Below, piece by piece: positions 1-15,300 of a stretch of 64,000 nt of DNA. The DNA comes from the human T2T-CHM13v2.0 reference genome, Homo sapiens. Numbering within the stretch: position 1 is the first letter of the stretch; each line of letters begins with the position of its first letter. The position numbers and the translations under genes are program-made. A model generated the notes under the pieces. That model saw nothing but the letters and a program-made list of their open reading frames with translations. It did not search any database and had not been told where the DNA came from. The stretch lies in assembly GCF_009914755.1 (NCBI RefSeq), contig NC_060937.1. One strand, 5' to 3'.

Positions 1-3000
1 ATATACTGGATATAAAATATGAAAGTACATCAAATATATATTTTATTCTGTACATAAAATATCAGAGTACACCAGATATATATTCTATAGTGTACATAAA
101 ATAACAAAGTACACAAACTATACATTATATACTGTACATAAAATATGAAATTACATCATATATATATTAGGTACATAAAATATGAAAGTACATCAAATAT
201 AGATTATATACTGTACATAAAATATCAAAGTACCCCAAATATATATTATATACTCTACATGAAATATCAAAGTTCACAAACTATATATTATATACTGTGC
301 CTAAAATATAAAAGTACCCAAGGTATATATTCTATACTGTACAAAAAATATCAAAGTACCCAAAGCATGTATTATATACTGTACATAAAATATGAAAGTA
401 CATCAAATATATATTTTATTCTGTACATAAAATATCAAAGTACACCAGATATATATTCTATAGTGTACATAAAATAACAAAGTACACAAACTATACATTA
501 TATACTGTACATAAAATATGAAATTACATCAAATATATATTAGGTACATAAAATATGCAATTACATCAAATATAGATTATATACTGTACATAAAATATCA
601 AAGTACCCCAAATATATATTTTATACTGTACATGAAATATCAAAGTTCACACACTATATATTATATACTGTACATAAAATATCAAAGTACCCAACTTATA
701 TATTCTATACTGTACAAAAAACATCAAAGTACCCAAAGCATGTATTATATACTGTACATAAAATATGAAAGTACATCAAATATATCTTTTATTCTGTACA
801 TAATATATCAAAGTACACCAGATATATATTCTATAGTGTACATAAAACAACAAAGTACAAAAACTATAAATTCTATACTGTACATAAAATATGAAATTAC
901 ATCAAATACATATTAGGTACATAAAATATGAAAGTACATCAAATATAGATTATATACTGTACATAAAATATCAATGTACCCCAAATATATATTTTATACT
1001 CTACATGAAATATCAAAGTTCACAAACCATATATTATATACTGTATATAAAATATCAAAGTACCCAAGGTATATATTCTATACAATACAAAAAATATCAA
1101 AGTACCCAAAGCATGTATTATATACTGTACATAAAATATGAAAGTACATCAAATATATATTTTATTCTGTACATAAAATATCAAAGTACACCAGATATAT
1201 ATTCTATAGTGTACATAAAATATCAAAATACCCAAACTATACATTATATACTGTACATAAAATATGAGATTACATCAAATATATATTATATTAGGTACAT
1301 AAAATATGAAAGTACATCAAATATAGATTATATACTGTACATAAAATATCAAATACCCCAAATATATATTATATACTCTACATGAAATATCAAAGTTCAC
1401 AAACTATATATTATATACTGTACATAAAATATCAAAGTACCCAAGGTATATATTCTATACTGTACAAAAAATATCAAAGTACCCAAAGCATGTATTATAT
1501 ACTGTATATAAAATATGAAAGTACTTTAAATATATATTTTATTCTGTACATAAAATATCAAAGTACACCAGATATATATTCTATAGTGTACATAAAATTA
1601 CAAAGTACACAAACTATAAATTATATACTGTACATAAAATATGAAATTACATCAAATATATATTAGGTACATAAAATATGAAAGTACATCAAATACAGAT
1701 TATATACTGTACATATAATATCAATGTACCCCAAATATATATTTTATACTCTACATGAAATATCAAATTTCACAAACCATACATTATATACTGTACATAA
1801 AATATCAAAGTACCCAAGGTATATATTCTATACTGTACAAAAAATATCAAAGTACCCAAAGCATGTATTATATACTGTACATAAAATATGAAAGTACATC
1901 AAATATATATTTTATTCTGTACATAAAATATCAAAGTACACCAGATATATATTCTATAGTGTACATAAAATAACAAAGTACACAAACTATAAATTCTATA
2001 CTGTACATAAAATATGAAATTACATCAAATATATATTAGGTACATAAAATATGAAAGTACATCAAATATAGATTATATACTGTACATAAAATATCAATGT
2101 ACCCCAAATATATATTTTATACTCTACATGAAATATCAAAGTTCACAAACCATATATTGTATACTGTACATAAAATATCAAAGTACCCAAGGTATGTATT
2201 CTATACTGTACAAAAAATATCAAAGTACCCAAGGTATATATTCTATACTGTACAAAAGATATCAAAGTACCCAAAGCATGTATTATATACTGTACATAAA
2301 ATATGAAAGTACATCAAATATATATTTTATTCTGTACATAAAATATCAAAGTACACCAGATATATATTCTATAGTGTACATAAAATATCAAAGTACCCAC
2401 ACTATTTATTATATACTGTACATAAAATATGAAATTACATCAAATATATATTATATTAGGTACATAAAATATGAAAGTACATCAAATATAGATTGTATAC
2501 TGTACATTAAATACCAAAGTACCCCAAATATATATTTTATACTGTACATAAAAAATCAAAGGTCACAAACTATATATTATATACTGTACATAAAATACCA
2601 AAGTACCCAAGGTATATATTCTATACTGTACAAAAAATATCAAAGTACCCAAAGCATGTATTATATACTGTACATAAAATATGAAAGTACATCAAATATA
2701 TATTTTATTCTGTACATAAAATATCAAAGTACACCAGATATATATTCTATAGTGTACATAAAATAACAAAGTACACAAACTATACATTATATACTGTACA
2801 TAAAATATGAAATTACATCAAATATATATTAGGTACATAAAATATGCAATTACATCAAATATAGATTTTATACTATACATAAAATATCAAAGTACCCCAA
2901 ATATATATTTTATACTGTACATGAAATATCAACGTTCACACACTATATATTATATACTGTACATAAAATATCAAAGTACCCAACTTATATATTCTATACT

Positions 3001-6000
3001 GTACAAAAAACATCAAAGTACCCAAAGCATGTATTATATACTGTACATAAAATATGAAAGTACATCAAATATACCTTTTATTCTGTACATAATATATCAA
3101 AGTACACCAGATATATATTCTATAGTGTACATAAAATAACAAAGTACAAAAACTATAAATTCTATACTGTACATAAAATATGAAATTACATCAAATACAT
3201 ATTAGGTACATAAAATATGAAAGTACATCAAATATAGATTATATACTGTACATAAAATATCAATGTACCCCAAATATATATTTTATACTCTACATGAAAT
3301 ATCAAAGTTCACAAACCATATATTATATACTGTACATAAAATATCAAAGTACCCAAGGTATATATTCTATACTATACAAAAAATATCAAAGTACCCAAAG
3401 CATGTATTATATACTGTACATAAAATATGAAAGTACATCAAATATATATTTTATTCTGTACATAAAATATCAAAGTACACCAGATATATATTCTATAGTG
3501 TACATAAAATATCAAAATACCCAAAGTATACATTATATACTGTTCATAAAATATGAGATTACATCAAATATATATTATATTAGGTACATAAAATATGAAA
3601 GTACATCAAATATAGATTATATACTGTACATAAAATATCAAAGTACCCCAAATATATATTATATACTCTACAGGAAATATCAAAGTTCACACACTATATA
3701 TTATATACTGTACATAAAATATCAAAATACCCAAGGTATATATTCTACACTGTACAAAAAATATCAAAGTACCCAAAGCATGTATTATATACTGTATGTA
3801 AAATATGAAAGTACATCAAATATATATTTTATTCTCTACATAAAATATCAAAGTACACCAGATATATATTCTATAGTGCACATAAAATAACAAAGTACAC
3901 AAACTATAAATTATATACTGTACATAAAATATGAAATTACATCAAATACATATTAGGTACATAAAATATGAAAGTACATCAAATATAGATTATATACTGT
4001 ACATTAAATACCAAAGTACCCCAAATCTATATTTTATACTGTACATGAAATATCAAAGTTCACAAACTATATATTATATACTGTACATAAAATATCAAAG
4101 TACCCAAGGTATATATTCTATACTCTACAAAAAATATCAAAGTACCCAAAGCATGTATTATATACTGTATATAAAATATGAAAGTACATTAAATATATAT
4201 TTTATTCTGTACATAAAATATCAAAGTACACCAGATATATATTCTATAGTGTACATAAAATTACAAAGTACACAAACTATACACTATATACTGTACATAA
4301 AATATGAAATTACATCAAATATATATTAGGTACATAAAATATGAAAGTACATCAAATATAGATTATATACTGAACGTATAATATCAACGTACCCCAAATA
4401 TATATTTTATACTCTACATGAAATATCAAAGTTCACAAACCATACATTATATACTGTACATAAAATATCAAAGTACCCAAGGTATATATTCTATACTGTA
4501 CAAAAAATATCAAAGTACCCAAAGCATGTATTATATACTGTACATAAAATATGAAATTACATCAAATATATATTTTATTCTGTACTTAAAATATCAAAGT
4601 ACACAAGATATATATTCTATAGTGTACATAAAATATCAAAGTACCCAAACTATACATTATATACTGTACATAAAATATGAAATTACATCAAATATATATT
4701 ATATTAGGTACATGAAATATGAAAGTACATCAAATATAGATTATATACTGTACATTATATACCAAAGTACCCCAAATATATATTTTATACTGTACATGAA
4801 ATATCAAAGTTCACACACTATATATTATATACTTTACATAAAATATCAAAGTACCCAACTTATATATTCTATACTGTACAAAAAACATCAAAGTACCCAA
4901 AGCATGTATTATATACTGTACATAAAATATGAAAGTACATCAAATATATCTTTTATTCTGTACATAATATATCAAAGTACACCAGATATATATTCTATAA
5001 TGTACACAAAATAACAAAGTACAAAAACTATAAATTCTATACTGTACATAAAATATGAAATTACATCAAATACATATTAGGTACATAAAATATGAAAGTA
5101 CATCAAATATAGATTATATACTGTACATAAAATATCAATGTACCCCAAATATATATTTTATACTCTACATGAAATATCAAAGTTCACAAACCATATATTA
5201 TATACTGTACATAAAATATCAAAGTACCCAAGGTATATATTCTATACTATACAAAAAATATCAAAGTACCCAAAGCATGTATTATATACTGTACATAAAA
5301 TATGAAAGTACATCAAATATATATTTTATTCTGTACATAAAATATCAAAGTACACCAGATATATATTCTATAGTGTACATAAAATATCAAAATACCCAAA
5401 CTATACATTATATACTGTACATAAAATATGAGATTGCATCAAATATCTATTATATTAGGTACATAAAATATGAAAGTACATCAAATATAGATTATATACT
5501 GTACATAAAATATCAAATACCCCAAATATATATTATATACTCTACATGAAATATCAAAGTTCACAAACTATATATTATATACTGTACATAAAATATCAAA
5601 GTACCCAAGGTATATATTCTATAATGTAGAAAAAATATCAAAGTACCCAAAGCGTGTATTTTATACTGTATATAAAATATGAAATTACATCAAATATATA
5701 TTTTATTCTGTACATAAAATATCAAAGTACACCAGATATATATTCTATAGTGTACATAAAATATCAAAGTACCGAAACTATACATTATATACTGTACATA
5801 AAATATGAAATTACATCAAATATATATTATATTAGGTACATAAAATACGAAAGTACATCAAATATAGATTATATACTGTACATTAAATACCAAAGTACCC
5901 CAAATATATATTTTATACTGTACATGAAATATCAAAGTTCACAAACTATATATTATATACTGTACATAAAATATCAAAATACCCAAGGTATATATTCTAT

Positions 6001-9000
6001 ACTGTACAAAAAATATCAAAGTACCCAAAGCATGTATTATATACTGTACATAAAACATGAAAGTACATTAAATATATATTTTATTCTGTACATAAAATAT
6101 CAAAGTACACCAGATATATATTCTATAGTGTACATAAAATAACAAAGTACACAAACTATAAATTATATACTGTACATAAAATATGAAATTACATCAAATA
6201 TATATTAGGTACATAAAATATGAAAGTACATCAAATATAGATTATATACTGTACATATAATATCAATGTACCCCAAATATATATTTTATACTCTACATGA
6301 AATATCAAAGTTCACAAACCATACATTATATACTGTACATAAAATATCAAAGTACCCAAGGTATGTATTCTATACGGTACAAAAAATATCAAAGTACCCA
6401 AAGCATGTATTATATACTGTACATAAAATATGAAAGTTCATCAAATATATATTTTATTCTGTACATAAAATATCAAAGTACACTAGATATATATTCTATA
6501 GTGTACATAAAATATCAAAGTACCCAAACTATACATTATATACTGTACATAAAATATGAAATTACATCAAATATATATTAGGTACATAAAATATGAAAGT
6601 ACATCAAATATAGATTATATACTGTACATAAAATATCAAAGTACCCCAAATATATATTATATACTCTACATGAAATATCAAAGTTCACAAACTATATATT
6701 ATATACTGTACATAAAATATCAAAGTACCCAAGGTATATATTCTATACTGTACAAAAAATATCAAAGTACCCAAAGCATGTATTATATACTGTACATAAA
6801 ATATGAAAGTACATCAAATATATATTTTATTCTGTACATAAAATATCAAATTACACCAGATATATATTCTATAGTGTACATAAAATAACAAAGTACACAA
6901 ACTATAAATTCTATACTGTACATAAAATATGAAATTACATCAAATATATATTAGGTACATAAAATATGAAAGTACATCAAATATAGATTATATACTATAC
7001 ATAAAATATCAATGTACCCCAAATATATATTTTATACTCTACATGAAATATCAAAGTTCACAAACCATATATTGTATACTGTACATAAAATATCAAAGTA
7101 CCCAAGGTATGTATTCTATACTGTACAAAAAATATCAAAGTACCCAAGGTATATATTCTATACTGTACAAAAGATATCAAAGTACCCAAAGCATGTATTA
7201 TATACTGTACATAAAATATGAAAGTACATCAAATATATATTTTATTCTGTACATAAAATATCAAAGTACACCAGATATATATTCTATAGTGTACATAAAA
7301 TATCAAAGTACCCACACTATTTATTATATACTGTACATAAAATATGAAATTACATCATATATATATTATATTAAGTACATAAAATATGAAAGTACATCAA
7401 ATATAGATTATATACTGTACATTAAATACCAAAGTACCCCAAATATATATTTTATACTGTACATAAAAAATCAAAGTTCACAAACTATATATTATATACT
7501 GTACATAAAATATCAAAGTACCCAAGGTATATATTCTATACCTTACAAAAAATATCAAAGTACCCAAAGCATGTATTATATACTGGACATAAAATATGAA
7601 AGTACATCAAATATATATTTTATTCTGTACATAAAATATCAAAGTACACCAGATATATATTCTATAGTGTACATAAAATAACAAAGTACCCAAACTATAC
7701 ATTATATACTGTACATAAAATATGAAATTACATCATATATATATTAGGTACATAAAATATGAAAGTACATCAAATATAGATTATATACTGTACATAAAAT
7801 ATCAAAGTACCCCAAATATATATTATATACTCTACATGAAATATCAAAGTTCACAAACTATATATTATATACTGTGCCTAAAATATAAAAGTACCCAAGG
7901 TATATATTCTATACTGTACAAAAAATATCAAAGTACCCAAAGCATGTATTATATACTGTACATTAAATATGAAAGTACATCAAATATATATTTTATTCTG
8001 TACATAAAATATCAAAGTACACCAGATATATATTCTATAGTGTACATAAAATAACAAAGTACACAAACTATACATTATATACTGTACATAAAATATGAAA
8101 TTACATCAAATATATATTAGGTACATAAAATATGCAATTACATCAAATATAGATTATATACTGTACATAAAATATCAAAGTACCCCAAATATATATTTTA
8201 TACTGTACATGAAATATCAAAGTTCTCACACTATATATTATATACTGTACATAAAATATCAAAGTACCCAACTTATATATTCTATACTGTACAAAAAACA
8301 TCAAAGTACCCAAAGCATGTATTATATACTGTACATAAAATATGAAAGTACATCAAATATATCTTTTATTCTGTACATAATATATCAAAGTACACCAGAT
8401 ATATATTCTATAGTGTACATAAAATAACAAAGTACAAAAACTATAAATTCTATACTGTACATAAAATATGAAATTACATCAAATACATATTAGGTACATA
8501 AAATATGAAAGTACATCAAATATAGATTATATACTGTACATAAAATATCAATGTACCCAAATATATATTTTATACTCTACATGAAATATCAAAGTTCACA
8601 AACCATATATTATATACAGTACATAAAATATCAAAGTACCCAAGGTATATATTCTATACAATACAAAAAATATCAAAGTACCCAAAGCATGTATTATATA
8701 CTGTACATAAAATATGAAAGTACATCAAATATATATTTTATTCTGTACATAAAATATCAAAGTACACCAGATATATATTCTATAGTGTACATAAAATATC
8801 AAAATACCCAAACTATACATTATATACTGTACATAAAATATGAGATTACATCAAATATATATTATATTAGGTACATAAAATATGAAAGTACATCAAATAT
8901 AGATTATATACTGTACATAAAATATCAAAGTACCCCAAATATATATTATGTACTCTACATGAAATATCAAAGTTCACAAACTATATATTATATACTGTAC

Positions 9001-9400
9001 ATAAAATATCAAAGTACCCAAGGTATATATTCTATACTGTACAAAAAATATCAAAGTACCCAAAGCATGTATTATATACTGTATGTAAAATATGAAAGTA
9101 CATCAAATATATATTTTATTCTGTACATAAAATATCAAAGTACACCAGATATATATTCTATAGTGTACATAAAATAACAAAGTACACAAACTATAAATTA
9201 TATACTGTACATAAAATATGAAATTACATCAAATATATATTAGGTACATAAAATATGAAAGTACATCAAATATAGATTATATACTGTACATTAAATACCA
9301 AAGTACCCCAAATCTATATTTTATACTGTACATGAAATATCAAAGTTCACAAACTATATATTATATACTGTACATAAAATATCAAAGTACCCAAGGTATA
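1..9400 (+). repeat. Degenerate multi-kb duplication family (four related blocks at about 510, 2800, 4670 and 8090)
   Basis: Recurrent linked rare variants CAACTT, AAAAACATC, AAATACATATTAGG and GAGATT. ORFs 145/7722 are identical (offset 7577); 2014/6929 (4915), 518/2807 (2289) and 891/5055 (4164) are near-identical. Confidence 0.8.
136..508 (+). repeat. Example 373-bp 9-mer unit (monomer 1 shortened to 37 bp)
   Basis: Monomer 1 reads ...ATATATATTAGGT instead of ...ATATATATTATATTAGGT; the next monomer 1 starts at 509. ORF starts 145, 518, 891 are spaced 373 bp. Confidence 0.93.
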
Positions 9401-12354
9401 TATTCTATACTGTACAAAAAATATCAAAGTACCCAAAGCATGTATTATAAACTGTATATAAAATATGAAAGTACATCAAATATATATTTTATTCTGTAAA
9501 TAAAATATCAAAGTAAACCAGATATATATTCCATAGTGTACATAAAATATCAAAGTACCCAAACTATACATTATATAGTGTACATAAAATATGAAATTAC
9601 ATCAAATATATATTATATTAGGTTCATAAAATATGAAAGTACATCAAATATAGATTATATACTGTACATTAAATACCAAAGTACCCCAAATATATATTTT
9701 ATACTGTACATGAAATATCAAAGTTCACAAGCTATATATTATATACTGTACATAAAATATCAAAGTACCCAAGGTATATATTCTATACTGTACAAAAAAT
9801 ATCAAAGTACCCAAAGCATGTATTATAAACTGTACATAAAATATGAAAGTACATCAAATATATATTTTATTCTGTACATAAAATATCAAAGTACACCAGA
9901 TATATATTCTATAGTGTACATAAAATATCAAAGTACCCAAACTGTACATTATATACTGTACATAAAATATGAAATTACATCAAATATATATTATATTAGG
10001 TACATAAAATATGAAAGTACATCAAATATAGATTATATACTGTACATTAAATACCCAAGTACCCCAAATATATATTTTATACTGTACATGAAATATCAAA
10101 GTTCACAAACTATATATTATATACTGTACATAAAATATCAAAGTACCCAAGGTATATATTCTATACTGTACAAAAAATATCAAAGTACCCAAAGCACGTA
10201 TTATATACTGTACATAAAATATGAAAGTACATCAAATATATATTTTATTCTGTACATAAAATATCAAAGTACACCAGATATATATTCTATAGTGTACATA
10301 AAATATCAAAGTTCCCAAACTATACATTATATACTGTACATAAAATATGAAATTACATCAAATTTATATTAGGTACATAAAATATGAAAGTACATCAAAT
10401 ATAGATTATATACTGCACATAAAATATCAAAGTACCCCAAATATATATTATATACTGTATATGAAATATCAAAGTTCACAAACTATATATTATATACTGT
10501 ACATAAAATATCAAAGTACCCAAGGTATATATTCTATACTGTACAAAAAATATCAAAGTACCCAAAGCATGTATTATATACTGTACATAAAATATGAAAG
10601 TACATCAAATATATATTTTATTCTGTACATAAAATATCAAAGTACACCAGATATATATTCTATAGTGTACATAAAATATCAAAGAACCCAAACTATACAT
10701 TATATACTGTACATAAAATATGAAATTACATCAAATATATATTAGGTACATAAAATATGAAAGTACATCAAATATAGATTATATACTGTACATAAAATAT
10801 CAAAGTGCCCCAAATATATATTATATACTCTACATGAAATATCAAAGTTCACAAACTATATATTATATACTGTACATAAAATATCAAAGTACCCAAGGTA
10901 TATATTCTATACTGTACAAAAAATATCAAAGTACCCAAAGCATGTATTATATACTGTACATAAAATATGAAACTACATCAAATATATATTTTATTCTGTA
11001 CATAAAATATCAAAGTACACCAGATATATATTCTATAGTGTACATAAAATATCAAAGTACCCAAACTATTTATTATATACTGTACATAAAATATGAAATT
11101 ACATCAAATATATATTATATTAGGTACATAAAATATGAAAGTACATCAAATATAGATTATATACTGTACATAATATATCAAAGTACCCCAAATATATATT
11201 ATATACTCTACATGAAATATCAAAGTTCACAAACTATATATTATATACTGTACATAAAATATCAAAGTACACAAGGTATATATTCTATACTGTACAAAAA
11301 ATATCAAAGTACCCAAAGCATGTATTATACACTGTATATAAAATATGAAAGTACATCAAATATATATTTTATTCTGTACATAAAATATCAAAGTACACCA
11401 GATATATATTCTATAGTGTACATAAAATAACAAAGTACACAAACTATAAATTATATACTGTACATAAAATATGAAATTACATCAAATATATATTAGGTAC
11501 ATAAAATATGAAAGTACATCAAATATAGATTATAGACTGTACATAAAATATCAATGTACCCCAAATACATATTTTATACTCTACATGAAATATCAAAGTT
11601 CACAAACCATATATTATATACTGTACATAAAATATCAAAGTACCCATGGTATATATTCTATACTGTACAAAAAATAACAAAGTACCAAAAGCATGTATTA
11701 TATACTGTACCTAAAATATGAAAGTACATCAAATATATATTTTATTCTGTACGTAAAATATCAAAGTACACCAGATATATATTCTATAGTGTACTTAAAA
11801 TATCACAGTACCCAAACTATACATTATATACTGTACATAAAATATGAAATTACATAAAATATATATTATATTAGGTACATAAAATATGAAATTTCATAAA
11901 ATATATATTATATTAGGTACATAAAATATGAAAGTACATCAAATATAGATTATATACTGTACATTAAATACCAAAGTACCCCAAATATATATTTTATACT
12001 GTATATGAAATATCAAACTTCACAAACTATATATTATATACTGTACATAAAATATCAAAGTACCCAAGGTATATCTTCTATACTGTACAAAAGATATCAA
12101 AGTACCCAAAGCATGTATTATATACTGTACATAAAATATGAAAGTACATCAAATATATATTTTATTCTGTACATAAAATATCAAAGTACACCAGATATAT
12201 ATTCTATAGTGTACATAAAATATAAAAGTACCGAAACTATTTATTATATACTGTACATAAAATATGAAATTATATCAAATATATATTATATTAGGTACAT
12301 AAAATATGAAAGTACATCAAATATAGATTATATACTGTACATTAAATACCAAAG

Positions 12355-15300
12355 TACCCCAAATATATATTTTATACTGTACATGAAATATCAAAGTTCA
12401 CAAACTATATATTATATACTGTACATAAAATATCAAAGTACCCAAGGTATATATTCTATACTGTACAAAAAATATCAAAGTACCCAAAGCATGTATTATA
12501 TACTGTACATAAAATATGAAAGTACATCAAATATATATTTTATTCTGTACATAAAATATCAAAGTACACCAGATATATATTCTATAGTGTACATAAAATA
12601 ACAAAGTACACAAACTATACATTATATACTGTACATAAAATATGAAATTACATCAAATATATATTAGGTACATAAAATATGAAAGTACATCAAATATAGA
12701 TTATATACTGTACATAAAATATCAAAGTACCCCAAATATATATTATATACTCTAGATGAAATATCAAAGTTCACAAACTATATATTATATACTGTACATA
12801 AAATATCAAAGTACCCAAGGTATATATTCTATACTGTACAAAAAATATCAAAGTACCCAAAGCATGTATTATATACTGTATATAAAATATGAAAGTACAT
12901 CAAATATATATTTTATTCTGCACATAAAATATCAAAATACACCAGATATATATTCTATAGTGTACATAAAATAACAAAGTACACAAACTATACATTATAT
13001 ACTGTACATAAAATATGAAATTACATCAAATATATATTAGGTACATAAAATAGGAAAGTACATCAAATATAGATTATATACTGTACATATAATATCAACG
13101 TACCCCAAATATATATTTTATACTCTACATGAAATATCAAAGTTCACAAACCATATATTATATACTGTACATAAAATATCAAAGTACCCAAGGTATATAT
13201 TCTATACTGTACAAAAAATATCAAAGTACCCAAAGCATGTATTATATAATGTACATAAAATATGAAAGTACATCAAATATAGATTATATACTGTACATAA
13301 AATATCAAAGTACCCCAAGTATATATTATATACTCTACATGAAATATCAAAGTTCACAAACTATATATTATATACTGTACATAAAATATGAAATTACATC
13401 AAATATATTTTATATTAGGTACATAAAATATGAAAGTACATCAAATATAGATTATATACTTTACATTAAATACCAAAGTACCCCAAATATATATTTTATA
13501 CTGTACATGAAATATCAAAGTTCACAAACTATATATTATATACTGTAAATGTAATATCAAAGTACCCAAGGTATATATTCTATACTGTACAAAAAATAAC
13601 AAAGTACCAAAAGCATGTATTATATACTGTACCTAAAATATGAAAGTACATCAAATATATATTTTATTCTGTACATAAAATATCAAAGTACACCAGATAT
13701 ATATTCTATAGTTTACATAAAATATCAAAGTACCCAAACTATACATTATATACTGTACATAAAATATGAAATTACATCAAATATATATTATATTAGGTAC
13801 ATAAAATATGAAAGTACATCAAATATAGATTATATACTGTACATTAAATACCAAAGTACACCAAATATATATTTTATACTGTACGTGAAATATCAAAGTT
13901 CTCAAACTATGTATTATATACTGTACATAAAATATCAAAGTACCCAAGATATATATTCTATACTGTACAAAAAATATCAAAGTACCCAAAGCAAGTATTA
14001 TATACTGTACATAAAATATGAAAGTACATCAAATATATATTTTATTCTGTACATAAAATATCAAAGTACACCAGATATATGTTCTATAGTGTACATAAAA
14101 TAACAAAGTACAAAAACTATAAATTATATACTGTACATAAAATATGAAATTACACCAAATATATATTAGGTACATAAAATATGAAAGTACATCAAATATA
14201 GATTATATACTGTACATATAATATCAATGTACCCCAAATATATATTTTATACTCTACATGAAATATCAAAGTTCACAAACCATATATTATATACTGTACA
14301 TAAAATATCAAAGTACCCAAAGTATATATTCTATACTGTTCAAAAAATATCAAAGTACCCAAAGCATGTATTATATACTCTACATAAAATATGAAAGTAC
14401 ATGAAATATATATTTTATTCTGTACATAAAATATCAAAGTACACCAGATATATATTACATAGTGTACATAAAATATCAAAGTACCCAAACTATACATTAT
14501 ATACTGTACATAAAATATGAAATTACATCAAATATATATTATATTAGGTACATAAAATATGAAAGTACATCAAATATAGATTATATACTGTACATTAAAT
14601 ACCAAAGTACCCCAAATATATATTTTATACTGTACATGGAATATCAAAGTTCACACACTATATATTATATACTGTACATAAAATATCAAAGTACCCAAGG
14701 TATATATTTTATACTGTACAAAAAATATCAAAGTACCCAAAGCATGTATTATATACTGTACATAAAATATGAAAGTACATCAAATATATATTTTATTCCG
14801 TACATAAAATATCAAAGTACACCAGATATATACTCTATAGTGTACATAAAATATCAAAGTACCCAAACTATACATTATATACTGTACATAAAATATAAAA
14901 TTACATCATATATATATTAGGTACATAAAATATGAAAGTACATCAAATATAGATTATATACTGTACATAAAATATCAAAGTACCCCAAATATATATTATA
15001 TACTCTACATGAAATATCAAAGTTCACAAACTATATATTATATACTGTACATAAAATAAAGTACCCAAGGTACATATTCTATACTGTACAAAAAATATCA
15101 AAGTACCCAAAGCATGTATTATATACTGTACATAAAATATGAAAGTACATGAAATATATATTTTATTCTGTACATAAAATATCAAAGTACACCAGATATA
15201 TATTCTATAGTGTACGTAAAATATCAAAGTACCCAAACTATACATTATATACTGTACATAAAATATGAAATTACATCATATATATATTAGGTACATAAAA

